Source: Chromera velia
Lineage: Eukaryota
Length of the DNA stretch: 64,000 nt
Assembly (NCBI GenBank): GCA_018398765.1
Contig: JAHBMJ010000157.1
Span: forward strand, 1 to 64,000
Reading direction: 5' to 3'
Shown here piece after piece: positions 11,364 to 22,336 of the stretch (positions are counted from its first letter, which is position 1; every line of letters begins with the position of its first letter). Position numbers and translations under genes: made by a program. The notes under the pieces were generated by a model. The model made no database searches. It was given only the letters and a program-made list of their open reading frames with translations, and was not told the DNA's origin.

Positions 11364-12623
11364 CGACGCATGACCCGCCGCCGCATTGCGCCGGATTAAT
11401 TTCCGGCCGGCAAGGGCGATTGAAGTTGATGTAAAAGAGAAACTAGGAAAAGAAAAAAAAACGTGATAGAGAGGCAGGCAGAGTCAGAAACTAAGGGTGG
11501 ATAGATTAGGGTAGATTAGGAAGAAACTGGCCTAGGCACGATATCCAATACCGTGCGAACTAACGGCCGGCATGCTGGGACGTGCTATGCATCCACGAAC
11601 CCTCAAGAAGAGAAATTTACTGCTTGAGCTATACGTACGACGAAATGGCCCCGGAAAGCGAAGCGCGGGGGGCACTTGGGAAACAATCCCCGAAACCTGC
11701 GCGTGCATGGAAAGGGGATAAAGCTGAGATCAGCCGAGAGGCTATACATGCATCTCTTTCAATGCTGCCAGTGACATACTGTGACTAGTAAAGAGTGGGG
11801 AATCTTGGCAGCTTCATCAAGCAGTATATGTACGCGCACAGGGCTGAACAGTTGGCCGACTCATTCGACAGGCAGAGAAACAGGCCTGCCTGCTGAGAAC
11901 TGTCTCCGAAAAAAAGACACGGAACCCTCGAATTCGCATCCCAGTCAATGGAGGAGGAGGCAAAACAAAGTAAGCGGTGTGAGACAGAAAGGCGCTGCCT
12001 GGATATCACGTCTTCCAGAGCTGCCGCCCGTCATTTTCCAGAGGTTGCTCACCTGTTGTCTGGGTGGAAAGCAAAGGCCCAGTTCTCTATCGCTCCACGA
12101 ACGTTTCTCTTCCGCTCCCAAGGGGCAAGAGGAGGACTCAAGAACAGAGAGAATGGTAAGGGGAGGCACCATAGAGGTTGCATGGATGGACAACGAAGAA
12201 AGTGATTATCAGACGGGAGACATGCACATGGGGGGTTCAGGGACTGAAGAAGTCTCAGTGCCTGACCTTCATAAACTCGGTTGTTGCGTGAGATGGTCAG
12301 GGTGGTATGTCTTCTTTCTTCCCCAATCCACCTTACTACGTATGATGTGTTCAACGCAGTTCTGTGCGCGTGTTTTCTTCGAGCTCCGTGCATCTGATAC
12401 ACGCTCTGAAACATGCATGCACCTCCATTTTTTGCAAGCGTAGCTTGCTTCTTTTCGATCATGCTGCCTGCCTCACTTCTTCTGGTCGGTCCACTTCTTT
12501 TCTAAGCACAAAGCCCAGGCTCGCTGTCTGTGAAGGCTCTGAAGTGCCAGCTCCATTGCTCAGCTTTCTGCATGGACACCGATCTCTACCTTGCCCCTCC
12601 TCCAACTCGTCTGCATGATGCAG

Positions 12624-15600
12624 GTGTACGCTCAGAGGAATTCAAAGGCGGGACGGCAGAGGTGCAGGGAAAGTGCGAGGAAGCATCGGATGCAGGCGGG
12701 AAAGAGGAAAAAAGGGAAGCACTGAGGGTGGAACAGAGAGACAGACGCAAAGAGAACTCGCGGGTGTTGGGGACAGGGGAAGAGGTTTATGGTGAGTCAG
12801 CAAGTGATCGTCAGACCGTTGATGGAGAGACTCGCCAGAGTAGAGATGAGACCTGTAGTAGCTTGAAGAAAAGGGAAGATTCTGAGTCGCACAAGGAGGA
12901 GGAAACAAGAGAAGAAGGAGAGGTACGCGCAGATCAGTCAGAAGAGAATGTGCGTGCACTCATAGACGCTGCCCGAGAAGGACTCCTGGAGTGTGTGAAA
13001 GAAATGATTGTCCAGCAGAAAGTGAGAGACTTGAATGCAGAAATCCAGTGTGAGAAAGAAGACCGAAAGATTAGCGCATTAGTCGCAGCTGCTGAGGGGG
13101 GCCACGCAGACGTGGTGCGGCTTCTGGTTGAGTCGGGTACCTTCACAGACATCCCTGGAAGGACTCGGAGGTCTCCTACCGCTCTTATTGCCGCTGCAAA
13201 GGGGGGCCATGTGGAGGTGGTTCGTATTCTTTGTGAGTCACGAGCTGACGTGAATCAGATGGCAAAGCTCGGGGGTTGGTTTGACGTCAATGCGCTGATG
13301 GTTGCTGCCGAGGCTGGGTCTATCGAGAGCACCCGTCTCCTTCTGAAGGCGGGTGCCCGTGTGAACGAGCCAGAGCCAGAGCAGATGCGTTTCAAGCACC
13401 CGAGGGATGAAGAGAGAGCAGTCAAGACTATTCCAGCACTCGTCATTGCTGCCGAAAGAGGGCACGCAGAAATAGTAGAGCTTCTGCTTATCGCAGGGGC
13501 TCTCCCAGAACGAAAGTGTTGGGCAGACTCTACTGCCCTCACAGCGGCAGTAAACGGAGGTCATGAGAAAACTATTGAAGTTCTCCTCCGACACGGGGCA
13601 GACGTGATCCATGTCGACCAGAATTCCCAGAGAAACACAGCAACAACCGCTTTGATTTCCGCAGCAATCAGAGGGGATGAGAAGATCACTGAGACCCTCA
13701 TCAGAGCGGGAGCTTCTGTCGATCTGCCTGAATACTACTCAGGCGAGACCGCATTGATGCGTGCAGCTGAGCAGGGTCATTTGAAGGTCGTCCAGCTGCT
13801 CATACGCTCAGGTGCCTGTGTGAATCGGCCAAAGAGAGAGGAGAACCAAGATGGATACGCAGCACAGAGAACCCCCTTGATGTCCGCAGTACAAAGTGGA
13901 AAGATTGAAATCTTGAAGGCCCTTATTGAGGCAGGTGCAGACGTGAGTGAAGGTTGTCGGGGATACGATGCTCTAGATAGAGCTGCTGGGAAGGGAAATT
14001 TGGAAATGGTTGACCTGCTTATCAAGTCAGGAGCCCAGCTTAACGCCCCAGACGCGTGTTCGCGCAACAGAGCCCACGCCCTGAGCGTTGCATCAGAGGG
14101 AGAGAACATAGAGCTAGACATAGAGGTCCTCGACCGCCTGCTCCAGTGGGGGGCTCGCCCCTTTGGGGACCAGAGTTTCGAGAAAGCATTGGAATTGCAG
14201 TCAGCATCCACTTATCGTGAGAATAGCAGCTGTGAAGGGGGGGAGGGGGACGTGTGGGGGGAGGAGGAAGAGTGTGAAGAGGAAGACAGAACAGAAGAGG
14301 GAGAAGAAGAGGCATGCGCAGCTCAGTCAGAAGAGAATGTGCGTGCACTCATAGACGCTGCCCGAGAAGGACTGCTGGAGTGTGTGAAAGAAATGATTGT
14401 CCAGCAGAAAGTGAAGGACTTGAATTCAGAAATCCAGTGTGAGGAAGAAGGCCGAAAGATTACCGCATTAGTCGCAGCTGCTGAAGGGGGGCATGCAGGC
14501 GTGGTGCGGCTTCTGGTTGAGTCGGGTGCCGATGTAAATTGGATGCATTGGGGGAGTGGGAGAATGACAGCCTTGATGCATGCTTGCCAGAAAGGGTATT
14601 TGGGGGTTGTGGAGGCGATCTTGGCCAGTGATGAAGTGTGTTTAGACGCTTGGGGGGGAAGGGGGGGGTGGGAAAAAGTGATGACACCCCTGTTGTTTGC
14701 AGCCGATAACGGACATGTGAAGATTGTTGACCGATTGCTTCATGCGGGTGCAGCCCTGCGCCCGTATGGGGACAACGAAGATTCTGATGAAGAGCAGCCA
14801 GAGCCCCTCTCCGCTCTCTTCTGTGCCGCCAGAAATGGGAACGCTGAGGTCGTGAGTCGTCTGCTTGAATCGGACTCTTGTTGGGTCGATTCGTCCTCAG
14901 GGTGGTACGGGGACACGCCCCTTTGTGTAGCTGCAGTGAACGGTCATGAGACCGTTGTTAGGATTCTTATTGGAGCAGAGGCAAATATGGAAAGACCAAT
15001 GTGTAAAGCAGCAGGGCACGGGTGTGTGGAGATAGTGAAAGTCTTTCTTGACTCGGGTGCGGGGATTGACAATGACGGTGGGGAGGGGCCCATAGCGTTG
15101 CAAGAGGCTGCAACCGGGGGGCACGTGGGTGTTGTCGATCTGCTTCTAGAGTCTGGTGCTGAGGTTGATCAATGTTCGTATTTTAGTGAGGAGACAGCGC
15201 TGATGCTTGCAGCGGGGGGCGGGCACAAAGAGGTGGTGAGACGGCTTCTAGAAGCGAATGCAGCAGTGGATTTTAGAGATGAGGGGGGAAAGACAGCGTT
15301 GGCGCGTGCTGCCGACGCAAAAGCTTTGGAGGTAGTAGAGCTCCTTGCATCTTATGGAGCGTGTTTGGATGAAACTGATGAGGAAGGCTGGTCTCCGCTA
15401 CTACGGTCTGTAGAGAGGGGACAGGTGCAGATGGTGGAGGGTCTGGTCCGTTTGGGATCTGATGTCAATCAGACCTTCTCGTCGGATTGGACACCTCTAA
15501 TATTAGCGTCTAAGAGGGGGCAGTTGGGACTTGTAGAGGTTTTGATTCACTCAGGTGCAGATTTGAATGCAAAGGACGAGGAGGGCCTGACAGCTTTGAT

Positions 15601-17728
15601 GAGAGCAAACGAGAAGGGTCATGTCGAGGTTGCAGATCTTCTGGTGGGGTCCGGGGCTTCCAGGGAAGAGAAGGATGCCAACGGATGGACAGTACTCATA
15701 CGGGCAATCGATAAATCCCACCTGGAAGTTGTGGGCCTTCTCCTCCGCGAAGGTAGGTGCATGTGTATTGATATCAACCTCGTACCATTGGCATGGGGGC
15801 AAGTGATTAATTGAGAGTCAAATTAAATGCAGGGTCAATGCCGTCACAGTGATGCTTAAACTGCTGCCTTGCCTGTCTGCAGAACTTCCTCAAGTGCGTT
15901 TGAAAAAGAAATTGTTCGATGTTCGAATGCACGAATGAATGGAATTTTTCAATGCATGCATGCAGGAGCCTCTCCGAACGGGACTGAGGATGACCACCTG
16001 ACCCCCCTCATGCATGCCGCTCGAGTTGGGACTGTGGAGATTCTAGATCTCCTCATCAGTGCGGGTGGGCGTGTGGAGAGTGTGGGTGAGGACGATAACT
16101 CAGCGCTGGTATTTGCCGCACACCACGGGCGCGTTGAGGCTGTCGTTCGGCTTCTTCGTGCTTCAGGGGCAGCTTTCAGTTCCTCTCCTGACTTTTCACT
16201 TTCAGACTCTCTGAAGACTGAATTGAGCAACGCGATGGAGGCAGCCGAAGAGGGGGGGCATGAGGAGGTAATGGAAATTCTTCGAGGGGTGGTGGGGGGG
16301 TCTGGCAATGACGTTCAGATTTCGGCATATGACTGGGAGCTGCCCCAGATGCAGAGCTGGGCTCCGATCAAGGACATGATCCGGAGCGGTGCTGTGCGTT
16401 TGTGGCCGTTGACCGCGTTGCAACAGCTGTTGAAGAGCGGAAGAAAGATCCCGAGAAGGCAAGACGCAGAAGCCGTTTTGAAGGAATGCGGGTGGTTGGA
16501 AGAGTCAGAGATGGGAATGCAGGCTGCAAACCTGCAGAGAGGGTTGGAAGAGACGGAGTTTCCGTCAAGAAGCGGTCTGACAGTCGTGTGTTTGTCGTAC
16601 GGCTGGCTGTCAAAAGACCATCCAGATCCTGATTGCTTCCACCTGCAGCAGCTGTGTGAAGGTCTGAGCCGGCAGTGGTGGGCGCGGGGTGAAAGGGCAG
16701 GGCAAGTGGCCGTGTTTTGGGATTTCTTGTCGTTGTTTCAGAAACCACGCGATGACACTCAGGATGAGCTTTTCAGAGATGCCCTCTCGAAATTAGATCT
16801 GTTCTACAGCAGCCCGCACACTCGTGTGTGTAGATCCACAGGTGTCCCTTTGGATTCTCTCAATCCTCTTCCGTTCGTCAAAAGAGGATGGCCTACCTTC
16901 GAGACATATGTGACTGCATTCAAGCCCCCCCATCTGATCTTACAGCTTCAGACTGGAGAGCAAGAAGTGCCTCCAGCTGAGCCTCACATGCATGATCCGA
17001 TGAGCTCTGATGATGACCTCGGTGGGAGTTTTGGAGGTAGCGGCTGTGACAGCGAAACCGACTTGGATGATGCAAGAGCTGAGCCTGGCTTGCTTCTTCA
17101 AAATAAACAGCAGGTTCTAACACCGGCATCCCCTTCTGACTTCAACAAAATTCTCGACACAAAAACATTCACAAACGGATCTGACAGTGCTGTCGTAAAA
17201 GACCTTTACAAAGGATTCGTGAAGCGCACCGCAGCCCGGGTCACGAGCGTGGCATTTCCCAATAGAAAACTCTTCAGAAACAGAGACGCCGAAACGCTCA
17301 GGGGGTTGTTGAAATTCATGCGAGAGCGAGAGGAAGGGATTTCATCAGAAGTAAGGAGCGTTGACCTCTCGAAGACAGCGGTGGGTGATAAAGCCGTTGC
17401 CAGGCTCATCACAGAGCTGGGCTTTCTCAAGAATCTGCGCAGCTTGAAGCTCTCCGGTTGTGCGGTGGGTGAGTACACAGTGTGGGCTCTGCGGAAGACT
17501 TTTGAAAAAGGAGGGATGGGTGCATTGACCTACGTGGATTTTGGGGGGTGCAGGTCTGTGGGGGTTGAGTGTCTCGCTGACATGATTCTCCTATGCGAAC
17601 AGTCTCAGCAGAGAGCAAAACCCAGACTCACGATCATACTCACAGGGACCCAACTGATGGAAATGGACTCAGGCACGCATATCGCTCCACGACTCCGCGA
17701 GACGGGGGTTGACATAGAATGGCTGTAA
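12624..17728 (+). CDS. Ankyrin-repeat (~28) + HET (TIR-like) + LRR protein; exons 12624-15752 and 15966-17728, first exon probably upstream (~11950-12290, unresolved)
   Basis: Repeated TAL..AA..GH..VV.LL..GA units. GT-AG intron 15753-15965 joins in phase (LLREG|ASPNG). HET motifs LSYGW..HPDP (16592), VFWDFLSLFQ, LDLFY and RGWPTFE (16883-16903), then FTNGSD. RNI-like LRRs VRSVDLSKTAVGD, LRSLKLSGCAVG, LTYVDFGGC. No premature stops. Confidence 0.85.
12929..14529 (+). repeat. Intragenic ~210-bp near-identical duplication (12929-13140 / 14318-14529)
   Basis: Both copies encode QSEENVRALIDAAREGLLECVKEMIVQQKV.DLN.EIQCE.E.RKI.ALVAAAEGGHA.VVRLLVESG. Offset 1389 nt (in frame), each preceded by an acidic linker. 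Confidence 0.92.
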
Positions 17729-18064
17729 GTCAGTCTGAAACACGAATGGTGCAGCGGAAGTCGAAACAAAACATTAATACCAATAATTAAAGCATTCATT
17801 TTGTCATATCCACTTAATAAAAAAAAATCAAAACACATAAGTGTGCTGCTTTTTCCAGTAAGTTGTTCCCGTCTTAATTAAAAAATGATTTTAAAGCATG
17901 AAAAAATCATTATAATACAATTAAACCAGAATACAAGTATAAAAAAGTATATACATACTTTTAAAGCAAGAACTTGAAATTCTAGTCTTGAATGCAACGG
18001 CGGGCGTCGTCAGCAGATTCAATATTAATCAGTCACAGCATTAGCATCACCCTGCAAGTTTCAA

Positions 18065-18246
18065 ATTAAGTAAAGTAGATGAGTAATTTAAAGTAAATTG
18101 AAGTAATTTAGATAATTAAGGCATTTAAGAGTAATTTAGAATAATCTAGCTTAGTAATTTAGAGTAATTTAGAGCAATTTAAAGTAATTTAAGATAGTAA
18201 ACTAAAGTAATTTAGGAAGCTAGTTTAGGAAGCTAAATTACTAATT
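18065..18246. repeat. Degenerate AT-rich tandem repeat, unit ~AGTAATTTAR
   Basis: AGTAATTTA/AGCAATTTA variants recur about every 10-11 nt between the convergent 3' ends of two genes. Confidence 0.65.
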
Positions 18247-18327
18247 TTGGTCAAACTTGGGAGGCCGATTTCTCGTGAACGGTAAAGAGTTGAACGTTTA
18301 AACTAACAGTGCTTAATTATAGTATGC

Positions 18328-19258
18328 TCATCCAAAATCATCTTCAAGCAAAACACTTGAAAGGGGTAGTTTTGCACCGTCGTCTTCTTGTATCTCTTTG
18401 TCTCGGCGTCCGTTTTTCTTTGTTTTCTGGGGTTCTAGACCCCCCCACCCCCGTTCTTTTTGCAGCCCTTCGTTGATTTTGTCCTGAAAAAGCCGGGCCT
18501 CTGCGAGCCAAGTCGGTTCTTCCGTCGTCTCGGGAGCATTCTTCTGTCCCTTTTCACTTTCCTTAGAGAGAACAGAATGGGATGCCAGTCGGGGAAATCG
18601 CAATGGCAGTGGCAGAGGCTCATTCCGGTCCTCTGCCTCTCTGAGAAGCTCTGCAGCCCTCCGGCGGCTGATACCGTTACTCCATTTTTTGACCTTCTTC
18701 CGATCATACACACGCGGAGGTTTGTCTTGCTGAGACTCTGACTTCTGCGCAAACTCATATCCTGCACCCTCTTTGCTTCCAATTTCTTTTTTCTCACCCC
18801 TACTATCAGAGTTTACACCCGTCTCCCCCCCAGCACCCTCCGGAACAGCATTTTCCGGTGGGTCTGGAGCTAGAATGGATGCTTTGGAGGAAGCGGCAAT
18901 GGACTCATTTGGGATATGGTCAGTAGTCACACTCTCATGACAGTCGGGAGACACGACCTTGTGCTCTCGGGGGTCATCTGCTGATTCGATTTCTTCGGGG
19001 ACAAGGGGAAAGTCTGAGAGGGTAATTATTCCTGCTCTGAGGAGGTCAGGAAGGCAGGGGGGGTCTGCTCTCTGTGCAAGGAGAGAACGGAGCTGGGGGC
19101 TCAAGGGGGCCTGGACAGAAATCTCTTCTTCGGTCTGCACCATTCATTCATCCACTCACTCAGTCACTCATTCATTCATTCACTTATTCACTCACGCACT
19201 CACTCACTCAGTCACTCATTCATTCATTCATTCATTCATTCATTCAGTCAGTCAGTCA

Positions 19259-19301
<43 letters not shown>

Positions 19302-21794
19302 AGTCAGTCAGTCAGTCAGCCAGCCAGCCAGCCAGCCAGTCAGTCAGTCAGTGATTCATTCACGCGTCACTCAGTGTGTTTCATCAGCTGCAAGGGTGAA
19401 AACTGAGAAGACTTGGAAAGGAAGGGAGAGGGGAGGGAAAGAAGGGAGAAACGAACGAACGAAGGAAGGAAGGGCAGAAGGGAAAAAGAACATGGGGCCA
19501 AATAGGCATGCATGTATGCAGGCAGGCAGGCAGGCAGGCAGGGAGCCAAGAAGAGTGATGAGAGAGGGCAACAGACACAGACAGACTGACACCCACGCTG
19601 AGACCACACAGACAGCCCGACCTTCGGGTGTCGAACTGCGAATCTCCACTTGTGTAGGAGCAGTCTCCTCACCCCGTACACTTCCTCAAGCACTCTGTTC
19701 ACAATCGACCCTCCGTGACGGCGATCGCCTGCATTCATTGTCATACAGAATTTTTTTTTTATGTATTTGTGCACAACAGACCCTCCGTAATGGCGATCGC
19801 CTGAAAGGCGAACACCCGAAAGGCAGTGAGAATGGAGGAAATGGAGGCAAAAACAAAAAAGAGAAACGAGGGAAAGAAAGAAGTGACAAAAAAAAAATAC
19901 AAGGAAAGAAGAATCCCAGGGGAGAAGGGGCTGCGAAGGGAAATGCAGGTGAGCGATGATGGCCCTGTCTGTTGGCAAAGAAGACGTACCTCTCCGTCCC
20001 TGGGCATACTGGAAAGAGCGAGAAAAACAGCGACAACAGACACAGAGACAAAAATGTTTGGAAGAGCATGACAGAGCAATGGGAGAAGAGCATCGATCCG
20101 ATCGTTGCCTGTGTGTTTTTGAAAAAGGAGAGGCAGGATCGATCGAAACGAAGAAAAAGTCGAAGCAAAGAGGGGCAAGAAAAGCAAAAACAAGAAGAGG
20201 GCAATTCAGACTTCACACACAGACCGATGATGGGATGTCCGATTGAGTGGAGGTGCCTCCTGATTTGAAATCTGCGCCCTGAGACGGAAAGAAGAAAGAG
20301 AACAAATCATCTACATCGAGGCAACGAGAACAAGAAAGAACAAGAGAGCAATCTTGGAAGTTGACAAAACACAGAAGTGAGAGACACAGTGAGACACAAG
20401 TAAGAGGCGCGGCAAGTGCGAAAAGCGAGTGTATTGAAGTGACAGACGGAGCAAAAGAGCTGGAGCCCCCGACAGGAAAACCAACCAACTATAACCAACT
20501 GACCCGAGACGATCTGCAGGCTTTCTGCATTATCAACAGTCTATCAATGATTCTGTACAGTTGTGTGTGTGGCAAGGGCTTTTTTCAGTGCTATTATTTG
20601 ATACTAAAGACGCTGACCAGAGAAGATCTCCACGAGTACAAGAGAGGCAAGGCACCCGAACAGAGTCCCCACTCGCGTTGCGACTGTGAAAGCCTGCAGG
20701 GGGGCAGTCGCGACTCGACGATGAGAGAGAAGTAAGGCGAGACGAGTTGAAGAGTTCAAGGAAAGGATGTCGTGAAGGAAAATGGGGGGGGTTGAAGAGT
20801 TCAAGGAAGGGATGTCGTGAAAGAAAGTAGGGGGAAGTGCAGAGTGGATGTCGTGAAAGACAGTGGGGGGGAAAGGAAGCAAACGGAAGGGAATTGTTTC
20901 GCGTTCACGCTTACTGACCGGTTTTTTGCGATTTTCATCCTTGATTTTTTTTCTTCCCTTCAGCAGGTCATACAGATCTTTATCCACCACCTGTTGGTCC
21001 GGGAACTTTCCGGGACAAATCGCCATATAAATTTTGCGTGTATGACTCATCTTGTGCCAATTTCGGGAAACTGAAGTTGCGGCCTCTCGTGACTTGGTGA
21101 AAAGAACAACACCTGAAGAAGCACGATCAAGCCGCCCTCCGAGCGCAAGGAACGAAGGCGACTGCTTGAAAGGAGACTCTAGGAGATCTGTTGCGTTGGA
21201 ACCCAATTTCCCGTGTCCGTCTACCTCCTCTGTTTCCAGTCGCTTCTGCTGTCTCCTCTCTGCCTTTTCCCGTCTCCTGTACATCTTCCAGACCACACCC
21301 GCCAAGGTGACCCTTTCTCCAGGGCACTCATCTGTCTGGTGGCACAGGAGTCCCGCGGGTTTATTGACTGCCAAGAGAGTGTCGTCCTCGAACAAGACCT
21401 CCAACTCTCTCGATAAGCCTCGGATCGTCTGCGGCTTTTCTGCGGAGACGCGAAGAACCGTCTCCGTCTCCTTTTGGGCGGGAATGGAAAACAGAAGACT
21501 CGCCGCCTCAAAGTTGACATTCTGGGACGGTGGTCGGAATCTTGTGTGTTTATGGTAAGAGATATGGGGGCGCACTTCATCAATCTGCCCGATGTTGTGG
21601 ACAAAAGCGCTGGCCAGAGACAGGAGGTGGAACGGAATGTACATGCTGTCGCTTTGTGGCCCTTCCCTGGAACGTAGCTGGGAGGACACACGCAGACTGC
21701 TGATGGAAAGGCTGCCGGTCAGCGACAGGGACGAGCCATGACGCCATGCAAATGGCAGGATCGAGGTGAAAAGAAAAGTCGGCGAAGTTGCCAT
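18328..21794 (-). CDS. RluA-family (TruC-like) RNA pseudouridine synthase; exons ~21794-20919, 20693-20618, 20278-20225, 19728-19622, 19134-18328 (start uncertain, exon 1 may hide another intron)
   Basis: Motif I VLFEDDTLLAVNKPAGLLCH. Catalytic GRLDRASSGVVLF. RKIYMAIC. Spliced SGRRFQIRRHLHSIGHPIIGDRRHG and RLLLHKWRFAVRHPKTEEEISVQAPL. All joins are GT-AG and in phase. Confidence 0.88.
19141..19371. repeat. Compound tetranucleotide microsatellite (TCAT/TCAC/TCAG/CCAG)n in an intron
   Basis: Directly visible runs. Confidence 0.95.
20746..20872. repeat. Minisatellite, three ~40-45-bp units with core GGATGTCGTGAA, in intron 20694-20918
   Basis: GTTGAAGAGTTCAAGGAARGGATGTCGTGAA twice plus a third degenerate GGATGTCGTGAAAG unit. 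Confidence 0.8.
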
Positions 21795-22164
21795 TGCTGA
21801 GAGCCTCACCCTTCGAGCAGTACACAGCACATGCGCCCTGCCCGACTCTCAGCGTGCGGGCCACTTTGCCGCAGAATTGACAAAACACAAAATTTGTACG
21901 CCTCTACTCCGTTCGTTCGTATACTACTTAGTCCGAAATTCTTTGGCGCGCGATGCGCGCTCACTCTCGTGTATAGACATGCAGTGAGAGAATATGTGCC
22001 GGAGTAGTACACATACTACCGGAGGTAGTCATGGGATGTTGTGTATGAATCGGCATGCTTTTCTGCCTATGCAACCTCAGCCGTGGAAGAAACTCTCAAT
22101 CTGAGTCAATCATCATTGCTGCATGATGGGACTGCCAGTGGGAGTATTCCCTACAAAAAAAATA

Positions 22165-22320
22165 TGAAAATCACAGGGAAATATTAGGAAATATGTAAGA
22201 AAAAATTGATCAAAAATCATGGGGAAATCCTAGTGAAATCCAAGAGAAATCCTAGGGAAATCTATCAAAAATTGATAGGAAATCTGACGTGGGAAATGAA
22301 TGGAAAACTGATAGAAAATT
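22165..22320. repeat. Array of GGAAAT(C)/GAAATCC motifs at ~11-bp spacing
   Basis: gggaaatatt, aggaaatatg, gggaaatcc, tgaaatcc, agaaatcc, gggaaatct, aggaaatct, gggaaatg. Confidence 0.6.
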
Positions 22321-22336
22321 AATGTGGGGTCTCACT

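Noticed and set aside
18959..20268. ORFs rich in HS/QSVS or K/E/R
   Set aside because: Translations of intronic microsatellites and purine/pyrimidine tracts.
18065..22320. CRISPR-like arrays at 18065, 20746 and 22165
   Set aside because: No constant repeat with unique spacers, no cas genes, eukaryotic context.
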